DNA from: a virus | Taxonomy: Duplodnaviria; Caudoviricetes | Length of the DNA stretch: 54,259 bases | IMG/VR virus record: IMGVR_UViG_3300010401_000011 | Location: 1-54,259 of that record | Strand: one strand, 5' to 3' | Shown: positions 29,034 through 37,563 of the stretch, piece after piece | How positions within the stretch are numbered: the first letter of the stretch is position 1 | Layout of the letters: each line of letters starts with the position of its first letter | Made by a program: the position numbers and the translations under genes | Notes under the pieces: model-generated | What the model was told of the DNA's origin: nothing | The model's input: the letters and a program-made list of their open reading frames with translations, nothing else | Database searches by the model: none

Positions 29034-29623
29034 CGCCCGAGGCCGTGCGCGCGTTCCAGAAGGCCCATCTCAACCACCTCGGCCGCCCGCTGAAAGACGA
29101 CGGGGAGCTCGGCCCGGAAACGCGCTGGGCTCTCGACGCCGATACGCTCAGCCCGCACCGGCGCGGCATCGTCCGTATCGCCCAAGCCTTCATCGGGCTC
29201 GAGGAACACCCGCCCGGGAGCAACTCCGATCCGGCCGGCACCATCCGAGACTGGCTCACGCACGTGGGCGCTCATCCGGGCGTTCCGTGGTGTGCGGCGT
29301 TTGCCAGCCACTGTCTCGGCACCGTCAGGATAGGCGGCGCGCAAGCCCTGGGTCGGCACTTCCCGGCCACGCTCAGCCCCTACCCGGGGGATATCCTGTG
29401 GTTTCCGACCGACGCCATCCACGGCCATTGCGGCATCGTCACGGGCTTGACCCTGAGCGAGGTCATGAGCATCGAGGGCAATTGCCTGAACGCCGTGCGG
29501 TGCGTGCGCCGGCAGCGCGACAAGGTCCGTTTTGCACGCGTCCTCGATGAGACGGTAGGAGTCTGCCCGGGAGTCGTTCCGAGCGTGCCGTGGGCCACTT
29601 CCGGCGCGGGAGGGACGCGGTGA
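29030..29623 (+). CDS. Endolysin: peptidoglycan-binding domain plus CHAP amidase/peptidase
   Basis: VRAFQ..DGELGPET; PWCAAF, GHCGIV, IEGN. Confidence 0.9.
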   Translation: MTPEAVRAFQKAHLNHLGRPLKDDGELGPETRWALDADTLSPHRRGIVRIAQAFIGLEEHPPGSNSDPAGTIRDWLTHVGAHPGVPWCAAFASHCLGTVRIGGAQALGRHFPATLSPYPGDILWFPTDAIHGHCGIVTGLTLSEVMSIEGNCLNAVRCVRRQRDKVRFARVLDETVGVCPGVVPSVPWATSGAGGTR

Positions 29624-29865
29624 TTGGCCCGATCGTGCGCGGCCTGGTGGCGCTCATCGGCTGGATCCGCACCGGCACGGAGGCGGCCGTGGCCATCGAA
29701 GAGATTGCCGAAGAGGTGACCGGCCATAGCGCGCGGCCGCCGCCGTTACCGGACCGTTACAGCGAGGCGCCCGTGCCGCTCACGGCCAAGGACGTGGAAC
29801 GGCAACGGGACCTGGCTCGGAAGGCGGCGAGGGCGTTTCCGGGGCCGCCGCCGCGGAAGCGCTAG
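29620..29865 (+). CDS. Small protein with hydrophobic N-terminus (lysis-associated?)
   Basis: GTGA-coupled to endolysin. Confidence 0.55.
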   Translation: MIGPIVRGLVALIGWIRTGTEAAVAIEEIAEEVTGHSARPPPLPDRYSEAPVPLTAKDVERQRDLARKAARAFPGPPPRKR

Positions 29866-30287
29866 ACTTTCAGGATCATGACCCCGCTCCGTGGCCCGTA
29901 AGTCACGTTCTTGCGCGCGGTCATATCCGGGAAAATGCATGATGTCTTGCCCGCCACGGCCCGATCGCGCTCCGGGTCGAGCGCTTCCGTCACGGTCATC
30001 CACTCGTAGCCAAAGCACGCCGTGAACACCTGGCCGTCATCGAACGCATAGCTGAAATCGGTCGTGCGACTATCCTCCCACGGCCAGGGCCACCCCTGCT
30101 CGGGCCTCGTCCCGTCATCGCGGTGTGCCAGTCGCTTGTCGACCAGCGCCTCGAACTGCTCCCGTGTCGTCGCCGTCGCCAGTTCGTGTTTCGTCAGGAT
30201 GGTCTCCGGGTGTCCGTCCCACGCCACGCTCCCGAGCCAACGCGCGTCCGTGCCCCGGCCTATGTAGAAGTCCGCTCTCGTTCCCAT
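29862..30287 (-). CDS. Conserved hypothetical protein
   Basis: MGTRADFYIGRG..WLGSVAWDG.P..GWPWPW. Confidence 0.8.
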   Translation of the reverse strand: MGTRADFYIGRGTDARWLGSVAWDGHPETILTKHELATATTREQFEALVDKRLAHRDDGTRPEQGWPWPWEDSRTTDFSYAFDDGQVFTACFGYEWMTVTEALDPERDRAVAGKTSCIFPDMTARKNVTYGPRSGVMILKV

Positions 30288-30517
30288 TGTTCATTCCCTT
30301 TCGCGCACGCGGCGCACTTGGACCAGTTGTCGACGCCGCCCGCAAAGCCGCCCGTGCTCCACTGTGCCGGCGCCTTCCACTCCCCGCACCCGGTGCACTT
30401 TCGGAGCGGCACGCGGCCCCGGAGTTCCAGGCGATGGACGAAGCCGCGGGCGTCCGTATCGTAGCGCTCCGGGCAGCGCTCGCACACGTGGGCGGCGTCG
30501 TGCAGGGGGCAGGTCAT
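30260..30517 (-). CDS. Cys-rich zinc-finger hypothetical protein
   Basis: Three CxxC pairs. Confidence 0.6.
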   Translation of the reverse strand: MTCPLHDAAHVCERCPERYDTDARGFVHRLELRGRVPLRKCTGCGEWKAPAQWSTGGFAGGVDNWSKCAACAKGNEQWERERTST

Positions 30518-30732
30518 GACCTGGACTTTGCCTTCTCGGCAGCGAGCGCCAGGAACGCATCGACCGTTGCCGTGGTCCGCACGATGACGTTGACCTCGTC
30601 CTCCGTGACCTCGCCCCGGACTTGGCGCTTGGCTAGGTCCTCTGCCCATGCGTCGACCTTCTCGGCGTGCTCGCGCGTCATCAGGCCGCTCTTTACGGCG
30701 CGTTCGAGATCGGGTGGTAGCTTGCGGCTCAT
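30514..30732 (-). CDS. Hypothetical protein
   Basis: ATGA-coupled. Confidence 0.6.
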   Translation of the reverse strand: MSRKLPPDLERAVKSGLMTREHAEKVDAWAEDLAKRQVRGEVTEDEVNVIVRTTATVDAFLALAAEKAKSRS

Positions 30733-30974
30733 GACCGATGCATCCCGCCCGGGCAGCACTCGCATTGCGGGCCCTTGCTCATGAACTCGCCGAGTTGCTC
30801 CGGGGTGAAATGGGCCACCTCCATCTCATGGCGCGAGCACCAGACCTGGATACCATCGCGTGTGAGCCCGATCCGGAACCGGGAATACTTGCGCGGGGAC
30901 TGGCGGTGAGCGCTGGCCTCACCCGCGCACCGGCGGCACTCGACGTAACTGTGTATGCGTTCGACGGGTGGCAT
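30729..30974 (-). CDS. Zinc-binding hypothetical protein
   Basis: CRRC..QVWCSRH. Confidence 0.7.
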   Translation of the reverse strand: MPPVERIHSYVECRRCAGEASAHRQSPRKYSRFRIGLTRDGIQVWCSRHEMEVAHFTPEQLGEFMSKGPQCECCPGGMHRS

Positions 30975-31351
30975 CAGTTGGCTCCCTTGCTCACATAAGG
31001 AAGATCGATGCCCTTGAGCAGCAGCCCCTCGATCAACCGGTGCCGTTGGCGCCAGATGTTACTCGCGTTCGTGATGCGGGTCAGCTCGGCACGGGACATC
31101 AACTTTTGCCGGGCAGTGAACGCGGAAAAGGCCGCCAGGAACCTTTCGCCATCCGCCTCGCTATCGAGCCGGGCAAAGTTGTAGATGAACTCCTTACCAC
31201 CGTGTCTGAGGGCAACCACGGCATAACGACCGGGCGGGTCGCCGTTGACCACGAGGGGCGTGCCGATGAACACCTCCTCCGGCTCGAAGCCGAGGTTGGT
31301 GAGAATGTTGTGTGCCGCGTAGGCCTCGTGCACGAGTTGCTTGGTACGCAT
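30974..31351 (-). CDS. Hypothetical protein
   Basis: Coupled ORF, GAGG RBS. Confidence 0.65.
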   Translation of the reverse strand: MRTKQLVHEAYAAHNILTNLGFEPEEVFIGTPLVVNGDPPGRYAVVALRHGGKEFIYNFARLDSEADGERFLAAFSAFTARQKLMSRAELTRITNASNIWRQRHRLIEGLLLKGIDLPYVSKGAN

Positions 31352-31602
31352 CAGCAATCCTCGGGCTTGGCATCCCAGAGCAGGCGCGCCATGAGCCAGC
31401 AATCAGCCGGGCCAACCAGGGCCCCTGCGTAGAGGGCAATGGCCGCTTGCCGAATGAACGCGATGCGGTCCGCGCCAAACATCTTGGTCATGTGCACGGA
31501 GTCGGCGCCGGCCTTGCGAGCTTCAGCCAGCATCGAGTCGAGTTCCGCCTGCGAATGGGTAACGTCCACGTGGTGCGGGTCATGCCGGGCGTCGCGCGTC
31601 AT
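31351..31602 (-). CDS. Hypothetical protein
   Basis: GAGGTG RBS. Confidence 0.65.
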   Translation of the reverse strand: MTRDARHDPHHVDVTHSQAELDSMLAEARKAGADSVHMTKMFGADRIAFIRQAAIALYAGALVGPADCWLMARLLWDAKPEDC

Positions 31603-31835
31603 GGCTTCACCTCGCGCTCGGGCCAGCCGAAGCCGAACGACCAAGCCTCGCGCTCGGCAGCGGTGTGTGCCCGGCTGAGTCCGTGCTGATTGAACGGCTC
31701 CGGATCGATGCAGAAGTCATCGCAGACGGTCCGCACGACATGAGCCGCGATGGCGCGGACCTTCCACTCCACCGGCTTGCCGTCGACCGCGGCGTGAAAG
31801 GCCTCGTCCAGGGGCTTGGTCGCAACGATGGTCAT
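31599..31835 (-). CDS. Hypothetical protein
   Basis: ATGA-coupled. Confidence 0.6.
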   Translation of the reverse strand: MTIVATKPLDEAFHAAVDGKPVEWKVRAIAAHVVRTVCDDFCIDPEPFNQHGLSRAHTAAEREAWSFGFGWPEREVKP

Positions 31836-32065
31836 AACCCGTCGCCCTCCACGCGCGTATCCGGTCCCATGAGCGGGCTCAGTTCCCGCATGATGTCCTG
31901 CTCGGTCTCACCCGCCATGAGCAGCACCGTGCCGACGAGGCCCGTGAACGCCTTTAGCTCGACCGAGATGGGCCGCCCCGCGAGCAGCATCTCGGTGTTC
32001 TTGCGGCTCAGCCCAAGGATGAGCAGGGGCTTGCCGTCGCCACCCTTCGCGCTCGCTTTAATCAT
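31832..32065 (-). CDS. Hypothetical protein
   Basis: AAGGAG RBS; LILGLSRKN..L.AGRPI. Confidence 0.7.
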   Translation of the reverse strand: MIKASAKGGDGKPLLILGLSRKNTEMLLAGRPISVELKAFTGLVGTVLLMAGETEQDIMRELSPLMGPDTRVEGDGL

Positions 32066-32841
32066 GGCCGTACGAACTCCTTTCCCGCATCGCCACCGGG
32101 CCGCCGCCGTCCCGATTGCGGGTGCCGATACCAGCCCTCGGGCTCCCCGTGACCGTTCCAGGCGATGGCCGCGCGCCAGCCAGCGTCCACGCAGCCGGGC
32201 ACGTCGCTCGGGTAGTCCCACACGTCATCCATGTCCGGCGCCCCGATCGCGCCTATCCCAAGCCGGACCGAGCCGAAGCTTAGCGGGAGGAGGAAAACGC
32301 CCCGTCCGTCGTCGAGGTAACGGACCCAGAGATAGTCGTTTCCCGCGGCCCGTGCGCGCGCACCGAAGCCCTTGGCGTCCCGGAGTTCGTCATCGCCGAC
32401 CCCGTAGAGGAAAGCCGAGCCCGGATTATCGCCGTGACGGCCCGAGTCCGCACCATCGCCTCGACCGCCTCGTTCATGTCCCGAATGCTCGCTCGACTCG
32501 CTTTCATCTCCCCCCCTGTCAATGGGTAGCGGCTGCTGGGTGTGCTCGAACCGGTACCCGAAGAGCCAGCCCGCGCGCGTGTCATCGGTCGGCGCGAAGT
32601 TGTCCGCCACGTGTTCGACTTGATCCGGGTGGGCCTCGTTCACGTGCCGGCGCAAGGTATAGCCCGTGACCGCGGCCGCCATCCACGCGGGCGAGATGGG
32701 CGCGTCCCCGTTCAGCATGACCAGGACCATGGCATCGAAGAACTCGGTTTCGTCCGGTGACGGGGCGTGGTCCGTTGCCTTGGCAGGATCGTGGTCCTCG
32801 CCGCACTGGCAACGGTCGGGTGTTTTGGTGGTGTCAGCCAT
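32062..32841 (-). CDS. Hypothetical two-domain protein
   Basis: 259 aa; C-terminal GEPEGWYRHP.SGRRRP motif. Confidence 0.7.
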   Translation of the reverse strand: MADTTKTPDRCQCGEDHDPAKATDHAPSPDETEFFDAMVLVMLNGDAPISPAWMAAAVTGYTLRRHVNEAHPDQVEHVADNFAPTDDTRAGWLFGYRFEHTQQPLPIDRGGDESESSEHSGHERGGRGDGADSGRHGDNPGSAFLYGVGDDELRDAKGFGARARAAGNDYLWVRYLDDGRGVFLLPLSFGSVRLGIGAIGAPDMDDVWDYPSDVPGCVDAGWRAAIAWNGHGEPEGWYRHPQSGRRRPGGDAGKEFVRP

Positions 32842-33112
32842 TGAGAATGTCCTTCACGGCCTGCTCGTAGTCGAACTCTTCGATATAGCGCCCGCGCTCG
32901 AACGCCGCCTCGATGGCCATGAGCTTCTCGCTTGCACGCTCGGCCTTGAGCAGCGATAGCGCGCACTCTTTCCAGTCCCGGTCCTCGGACTCTAGCTCGC
33001 TTACCCGGTGGTTGGCCCTGAGCAGTTCGTGGCTGAGCTCGGCGTTGCGGTGCATGAGCGCGGCGTGCTTCTCTTCGAGTTCGGTGTTGTAGGCGGTGTG
33101 CTCGGTGGTCAT
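32834..33112 (-). CDS. Coiled-coil hypothetical protein
   Basis: MTTEHTAYNTELEEK... Confidence 0.65.
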   Translation of the reverse strand: MTTEHTAYNTELEEKHAALMHRNAELSHELLRANHRVSELESEDRDWKECALSLLKAERASEKLMAIEAAFERGRYIEEFDYEQAVKDILNG

Positions 33113-33194
33113 AGCTTGCCCTTTCGCAAGTCGGCCTCGATCTGGTCGGCGTCCTTGCGGGTCAGCTTCCAGCCGCGGCCATGGTCGTCCTCGG

Positions 33195-33542
33195 TCACGC
33201 CCCACCTCCAAACACGTTGCTGAACGCCTCACGCATGGCAGTCACCGAGGCCAGGGCCGCGCTCAGTTGCTCGTGCAAGTGGTCGAGGCCGGCGGCGGGG
33301 CTCGGGTTGCTCACGTGGCCATTGGAACTCGAGCGCCGTGCTTTCTTGCCTAGCTTGCGCGCTTTCTTTTTGGCACCAACTTTGCCCCCCCCGTTCATGC
33401 CGGCGGCTTTCTTCCAAGCGTAGATGCTGTTTTGACTCACGCGGTGTTTCTTCGCCGTCGCCGTTATCGAGGCACTCGCCAACTCGGCCAGGATCGCGGC
33501 CTTCTCGTCGAGGGTGAATGTCTTGTGTCTCTTCGCTGCCAT
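33195..33542 (-). CDS. HTH DNA-binding protein (HTH_Tnp_1-like) with basic tail
   Basis: KTFTLDEKAAIL..SITATAKKHRVSQNSIYAWKK. Confidence 0.75.
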   Translation of the reverse strand: MAAKRHKTFTLDEKAAILAELASASITATAKKHRVSQNSIYAWKKAAGMNGGGKVGAKKKARKLGKKARRSSSNGHVSNPSPAAGLDHLHEQLSAALASVTAMREAFSNVFGGGA

Positions 33543-33585
33543 TGGTGTTTGCCTTTCGTTCTGTCTGTTCAATGACGTGAGCGGC

Positions 33586-33951
33586 TCACGTCGGCTCGAC
33601 CGGGCTCACGTGCTCGAGCGTGGCGCCGGGCATAAACCCGTCCGGGAAGTATTCGCGCGTGGCCAGGATGAGCGCGTCGTTGCTCTCGCGATAAAACAGG
33701 CACACGTGGGGATGCGTCTCGCGCCCGTCGGTTTCGGCCACGCGCGGGATACAGACGCGCTCCCCGGCGAGCAGGCGCGCGAGCGCTCTTGGGCCGCCCG
33801 AGAAGTCCAAGAACAGCCCCATGTGCGAGACGCCGTTTGCGCCGATGAAGCCAGGGATGGCCACGCGCTCGCCCGCGCGAAGGCGATCCATGAGCGTTCC
33901 CGGCACGAGGCCGATAAAGATCGCGCCCTTATCGTCCATGCCGCGGATCAT
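33586..33951 (-). CDS. Hypothetical protein with internal duplication
   Basis: RLRAGERVAIP / RLLAGERVCIP. Confidence 0.6.
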   Translation of the reverse strand: MIRGMDDKGAIFIGLVPGTLMDRLRAGERVAIPGFIGANGVSHMGLFLDFSGGPRALARLLAGERVCIPRVAETDGRETHPHVCLFYRESNDALILATREYFPDGFMPGATLEHVSPVEPT

Positions 33952-34397
33952 GGGCGCGCCGCCTTGCCGTGCTTGAACCAGCCGATCGCGAGCGGCTCCG
34001 CCAACAGCCACAGGTGCCGCATGTTGGCCACGTGCACGAGGTCCCGGTCTCGCGGGTAGATCTCGACCGCGTACCAGTCACCGTGCCCGGTCTCGCGCTT
34101 GCACCGCTGCAGGTCGTCCCATGGGATGCCCTGGTCCCAATGGCCATCACCGCGGATGGTGACGCGGTTGACGCTCAGCCGGCGCACCTCGACGCCGTTC
34201 AACGCGGGCTCACCGTACACGACCGCGAGATAGTGCCGGCTCCGCCACACGGATCGGGGGCGGACCGCTTCCGGTCGGTGAGGCCACTCGCTCTCGGGGA
34301 CCGCTGCCAGGTGCTCGGGCCACGCCGCCGCTTGTTTGCGCATATAGCTTGCCGTTGCTCGGCGTTCGGCTCGGCCTTGTGCGCGGATGTCCGCCAT
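33948..34397 (-). CDS. Conserved phage protein (DUF7694-like)
   Basis: RLSV.R..WDDLQRCK..AVEIYP...LVHVANMRHLW. Confidence 0.75.
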   Translation of the reverse strand: MADIRAQGRAERRATASYMRKQAAAWPEHLAAVPESEWPHRPEAVRPRSVWRSRHYLAVVYGEPALNGVEVRRLSVNRVTIRGDGHWDQGIPWDDLQRCKRETGHGDWYAVEIYPRDRDLVHVANMRHLWLLAEPLAIGWFKHGKAARP

Positions 34398-34558
34398 CAC
34401 GTCCCGCCCTTCGAGCGCGCCACCGTCACCCAAACGCCGGGCGCCACTTCGGCAGAGACGTGACCGCCCGTGAACGCTTGGTGCCATCTCAACTGCCGCT
34501 CGACCCAACGCCGCTCGCGTCGTTGGCGCCGATGCCGGGCCTTGGCTGAGCGCCCCAT
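34397..34558 (-). CDS. Small basic hypothetical protein
   Basis: 53 aa ORF filling the gap, coupled at both ends; absent from ORF track. Confidence 0.5.
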   Translation of the reverse strand: MGRSAKARHRRQRRERRWVERQLRWHQAFTGGHVSAEVAPGVWVTVARSKGGT

Positions 34559-35448
34559 CAATCCCCCTCACCCGATCGCTTGGTGCGCTCGTAGCTTTCG
34601 AGAGCATCCGGCGGCGCGGGCTCTACTCTCCCGGTCTCTCGCGCTCGGTCACGCACGGTCTCGGTCAGGGTGTAGGCGGGGCGGAGCCGTTCGAGTTGCG
34701 CGTCGAGTGCCTTTTGCGCCGGGTAGGGGCCCTCGCCGTCCTGCCCACGTCCGTGGCATGCATCGGCAAAGCGCTTCGCTGCCCGGTAGAGGACATTGAA
34801 GTCCTTGATCAGCCACTCGTCGGGGGCGCGGGGCGGCGCCGCTACCTGGTGGCGGATGACCTTGGCGCCTTCGCTTAACGCAGGCCCGGCCTCACGCAGG
34901 AGCGCTATCGAGCGCGCGTTGACGGCGTCGGCGTCGGCCAGCCCTTTCTCGGCCAGCTCGAGCGCGCGCAACAGCCGAAGCACGATGCGGCCGACGAAGC
35001 CCTCGGGGGCGGCTATCTCCCTCACGTCGAGCCAATTGGCCGCCATCGCCGCCCATTCGAAGCGCTCGTGCCCGGTCGGATCGCCCTTATCGAGCCCGGA
35101 CTTGTCGAGGTTGAGGAAGTTGCAGCACTCGATGAGTGACGCGAGCGGCCCGCCCTCGTCGAGCCCACACACGAGCGTACCCACGTTGCGGCCCCGCACG
35201 AACACGGTCACGTGCTTGTGCGCGCCGCGTGTCACGAGGCCGACGCTCGAGATGAAGCGCCGGCTCGCTTCCGGGGGCGCCGCGGGCTCGGCCTCCACGT
35301 CCGTCTTGATGTAGATGCCCGAGCGCGTGAGCGTGCCGCACCCGTGGCAGCGCTCGGACGGGCCGCTCGTGACCCGTGGCGAGGGCTTGCCGGGGTTGCG
35401 CTGGTCCCAACAGTCATCGCAGAAGGGGGCGCTTTGCCACTTAGCCAT
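34558..35448 (-). CDS. Hypothetical protein with N-terminal zinc ribbon
   Basis: CDDC..CHGC; GAGGTG RBS. Confidence 0.65.
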   Translation of the reverse strand: MAKWQSAPFCDDCWDQRNPGKPSPRVTSGPSERCHGCGTLTRSGIYIKTDVEAEPAAPPEASRRFISSVGLVTRGAHKHVTVFVRGRNVGTLVCGLDEGGPLASLIECCNFLNLDKSGLDKGDPTGHERFEWAAMAANWLDVREIAAPEGFVGRIVLRLLRALELAEKGLADADAVNARSIALLREAGPALSEGAKVIRHQVAAPPRAPDEWLIKDFNVLYRAAKRFADACHGRGQDGEGPYPAQKALDAQLERLRPAYTLTETVRDRARETGRVEPAPPDALESYERTKRSGEGD

Positions 35449-35713
35449 TGGCCACCTCGAACAAGTGAAACATCTTGGCGCTACCAAGCGTCTGAAACGA
35501 GCCGACGTGACGAGTGACCTCGCCCACGACTTGGCCGGTGCGCGCCAATCGAAAGTGCCGCGGCGCCGAGCGCACACGGGTATTGACCAGAGCCCAGATG
35601 CAGGGCTGGCCGTGCTGCACCTGCACCGCGAGCACTTCGGCCCCCTCGGGCAGTTCGAGGGCGAAGGCGTCGGCGATGGGCACCGGGTACTTGAAGACGC
35701 GGCGGTCCGTCAT
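35441..35713 (-). CDS. Conserved phage protein (DUF7352-like)
   Basis: VFKYP..LPEGAEVLAVQ.Q..CIWALV..TG..HLFE. Confidence 0.75.
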   Translation of the reverse strand: MTDRRVFKYPVPIADAFALELPEGAEVLAVQVQHGQPCIWALVNTRVRSAPRHFRLARTGQVVGEVTRHVGSFQTLGSAKMFHLFEVANG

Positions 35714-36054
35714 GCTTGCACCGTCCTCTTACCCGGGAGCGACCGCGTCCGGATGGCCCGGACCAGGGCTTGCATCTCGAGCACCTGAGCCCGGAACGCG
35801 GGCGGCAGCGCCTCGATCTCGGCCGTGTCCACGCGCACGAGTGAGAGGGCATCGTCGTATCGGTTGATGCCCCCGCACGCCGTGCACACGCTGAACGCGC
35901 CGGGCTCGGGCTCGCAACCCTTCTCACCGCACGCCACGTCCCGGCGCCGCCCGCAATGACCGCACGTGCTCGCCGCCGTCCTGGTCGTGCTCCCGGTCGC
36001 CATCGCGAAGTCCTTTATGGCGCTGAACGCGGCGCTCCCGTTTTGGTCAGCCAC
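35710..36054 (-). CDS. Zinc-ribbon hypothetical protein
   Basis: CGHCG..PEPGAFSVCTACG. Confidence 0.65.
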   Translation of the reverse strand: MADQNGSAAFSAIKDFAMATGSTTRTAASTCGHCGRRRDVACGEKGCEPEPGAFSVCTACGGINRYDDALSLVRVDTAEIEALPPAFRAQVLEMQALVRAIRTRSLPGKRTVQA

Positions 36055-36445
36055 GGCCCACCTCCCGCTTCGGCAAGAGCGCCTCGAGTTCCTCCGGATG
36101 GTTTCTACCGAGCAGGATGAGCGCGGCCACGTACGGCATGAGCGCGTTCAGCATGGCCGCCGTCTCGCGACGACGCTCGGGGCTACCCGTGTCGGGCTCG
36201 GCCAGCGCCGTCCGTGCCGCGCCAAGGAAGAACGGCAGCGACGTGTCCGGCGACGCGAGTCGCGCGGTCATGACGCAACCGGCGCAATTGGCGTTCGAGC
36301 GATGGCCAAGGTCATCGTGGTCAGCGGCAACCCATTTGTGCCCGGGCTCCCACTTACCGGGCACGCCCGGCTTGCCACAGAGCGCGCGCCCTTCGTGAAG
36401 TAGATGCACTATGGCGGTTGGGATCTGCAATGTCGTGTCAGTCAC
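36047..36445 (-). CDS. Hypothetical protein, first gene of the leftward operon
   Basis: AAAGGGG RBS; H..LCG..CAGC. Confidence 0.65.
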   Translation of the reverse strand: MTDTTLQIPTAIVHLLHEGRALCGKPGVPGKWEPGHKWVAADHDDLGHRSNANCAGCVMTARLASPDTSLPFFLGAARTALAEPDTGSPERRRETAAMLNALMPYVAALILLGRNHPEELEALLPKREVGRG

Positions 36446-36629
36446 TGGTCGGCCCCTTTCTCTCGTTCAGCGCCCACGCTCACGAACGCGGCGCGCAAAT
36501 CGTGCCAGCGCACCCGGCCGACCTCTGTCGCGCGCAGCCCTTCGCGTACGCGGCGAGCGTAGGACGTGCGGCGCGGAAGATCTATTTCACGACATTTCAC
36601 GGGCGGTTCGAGCTCCGCCTCGTCGCCCG

Positions 36630-36887
36630 TTACAGCCACTGCAACCCCGCCTTGGTCACGTCCTGATGCTTGGTGATGACGCCCTTGGTCTTGACCAGGG
36701 TGCAGGGCGTGATCAGGCCCTTCTCTTCGAGGATCCGCATGTGGGTCTGACACCCGTTGCGAGAGGTGAGTTGCATCTCTTCGCTGATCTCGGCGAGCGA
36801 CGGGACGCGGTGCAGGCGGTTTTTCAGACGCGCGAAGGCTCGAAGGCACAGCACCTGGCCTTCCGACGGGATATTCTCGGGGTTCAT
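36630..36887 (-). CDS. LexA-type winged-helix repressor (DNA-binding domain only; start may be upstream)
   Basis: PSLAEISEEMQLTSRNGCQTHMRILEEKGLI. Confidence 0.75.
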   Translation of the reverse strand: MNPENIPSEGQVLCLRAFARLKNRLHRVPSLAEISEEMQLTSRNGCQTHMRILEEKGLITPCTLVKTKGVITKHQDVTKAGLQWL

Positions 36888-36949
36888 CCGGGGCAGGGTG
36901 ACGGGGCGTTTCGCAATGGCGTTCAAGGCTGGCTCCTCTGGGGGTGAAT

Positions 36950-37135
36950 TGTATCGGGTATGTCCCGCATAGCCTCTAGTATACGACGTCATTGCGCTCG
37001 TCCAGGGTCTCGACTAACCCGGTGACGATATGCTGTCACCCACACTCGTTCCCCCTCGCCCACCAAACTGCCACGCCGCCCCATTTCGGTATTGTGACCT
37101 TAGAACGGTCTCTCTATCAATGTCACCTATTCGGC
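36950..37135. promoter_or_regulatory. Divergent control region with candidate operator
   Basis: AT-richer; GGTGAC-N8-GTCACC at 37021-37040 enclosing TATGCT; further GTGAC/GTCAC half-sites near 37094 and 37122. Confidence 0.55.
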
Positions 37136-37185
37136 ACGCCTACGTGTCGAGCCGCCGAAGGGACTTGGCGGCGAGAGGACGATGC

Positions 37186-37563
37186 ATGGGGCATGACATG
37201 GGCCGGGACGATGGGGGCATGGCGCAAGAATTGGTGCGCTATTTCGCGCGCTTGGTGGCCGCGGAGTTGCGTGGCGCCGATGTTTCCCTCGTCTCCGGGG
37301 CTACCAGCCCACTGGGCGCCCGCCGCCACAATGCCGCCGTGCGCCGCCGCATCGCCGAGCACGCCGCGGGGGAGCTCCCGATCTCGGGGGCAAGCAAGGT
37401 CGGCAAAACGCACTACCTGACGCAAGAGGCCCTGGCCGAAGAGCTTGGGCGCCCATCGGGCCCGAGCGTCAGCAAGACCAAGCCCCGCGAGCCCTCGCCC
37501 GACGACGACGAGCAGGCCGCGTACAACGCCGTCATGGGCCGCTACCCGGGAGCAAAGCAGTGA
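37186..37563 (+). CDS. Putative excisionase-like DNA-binding protein
   Basis: GAGAGGA RBS; directly upstream of and coupled to integrase; GASKVGKTHYLT wing-like motif. Confidence 0.5.
   Translation: MGHDMGRDDGGMAQELVRYFARLVAAELRGADVSLVSGATSPLGARRHNAAVRRRIAEHAAGELPISGASKVGKTHYLTQEALAEELGRPSGPSVSKTKPREPSPDDDEQAAYNAVMGRYPGAKQ

Noticed and set aside
33195-33542. IS3-family insertion sequence
   Set aside because: HTH only; no DDE transposase, terminal inverted repeats or target duplication
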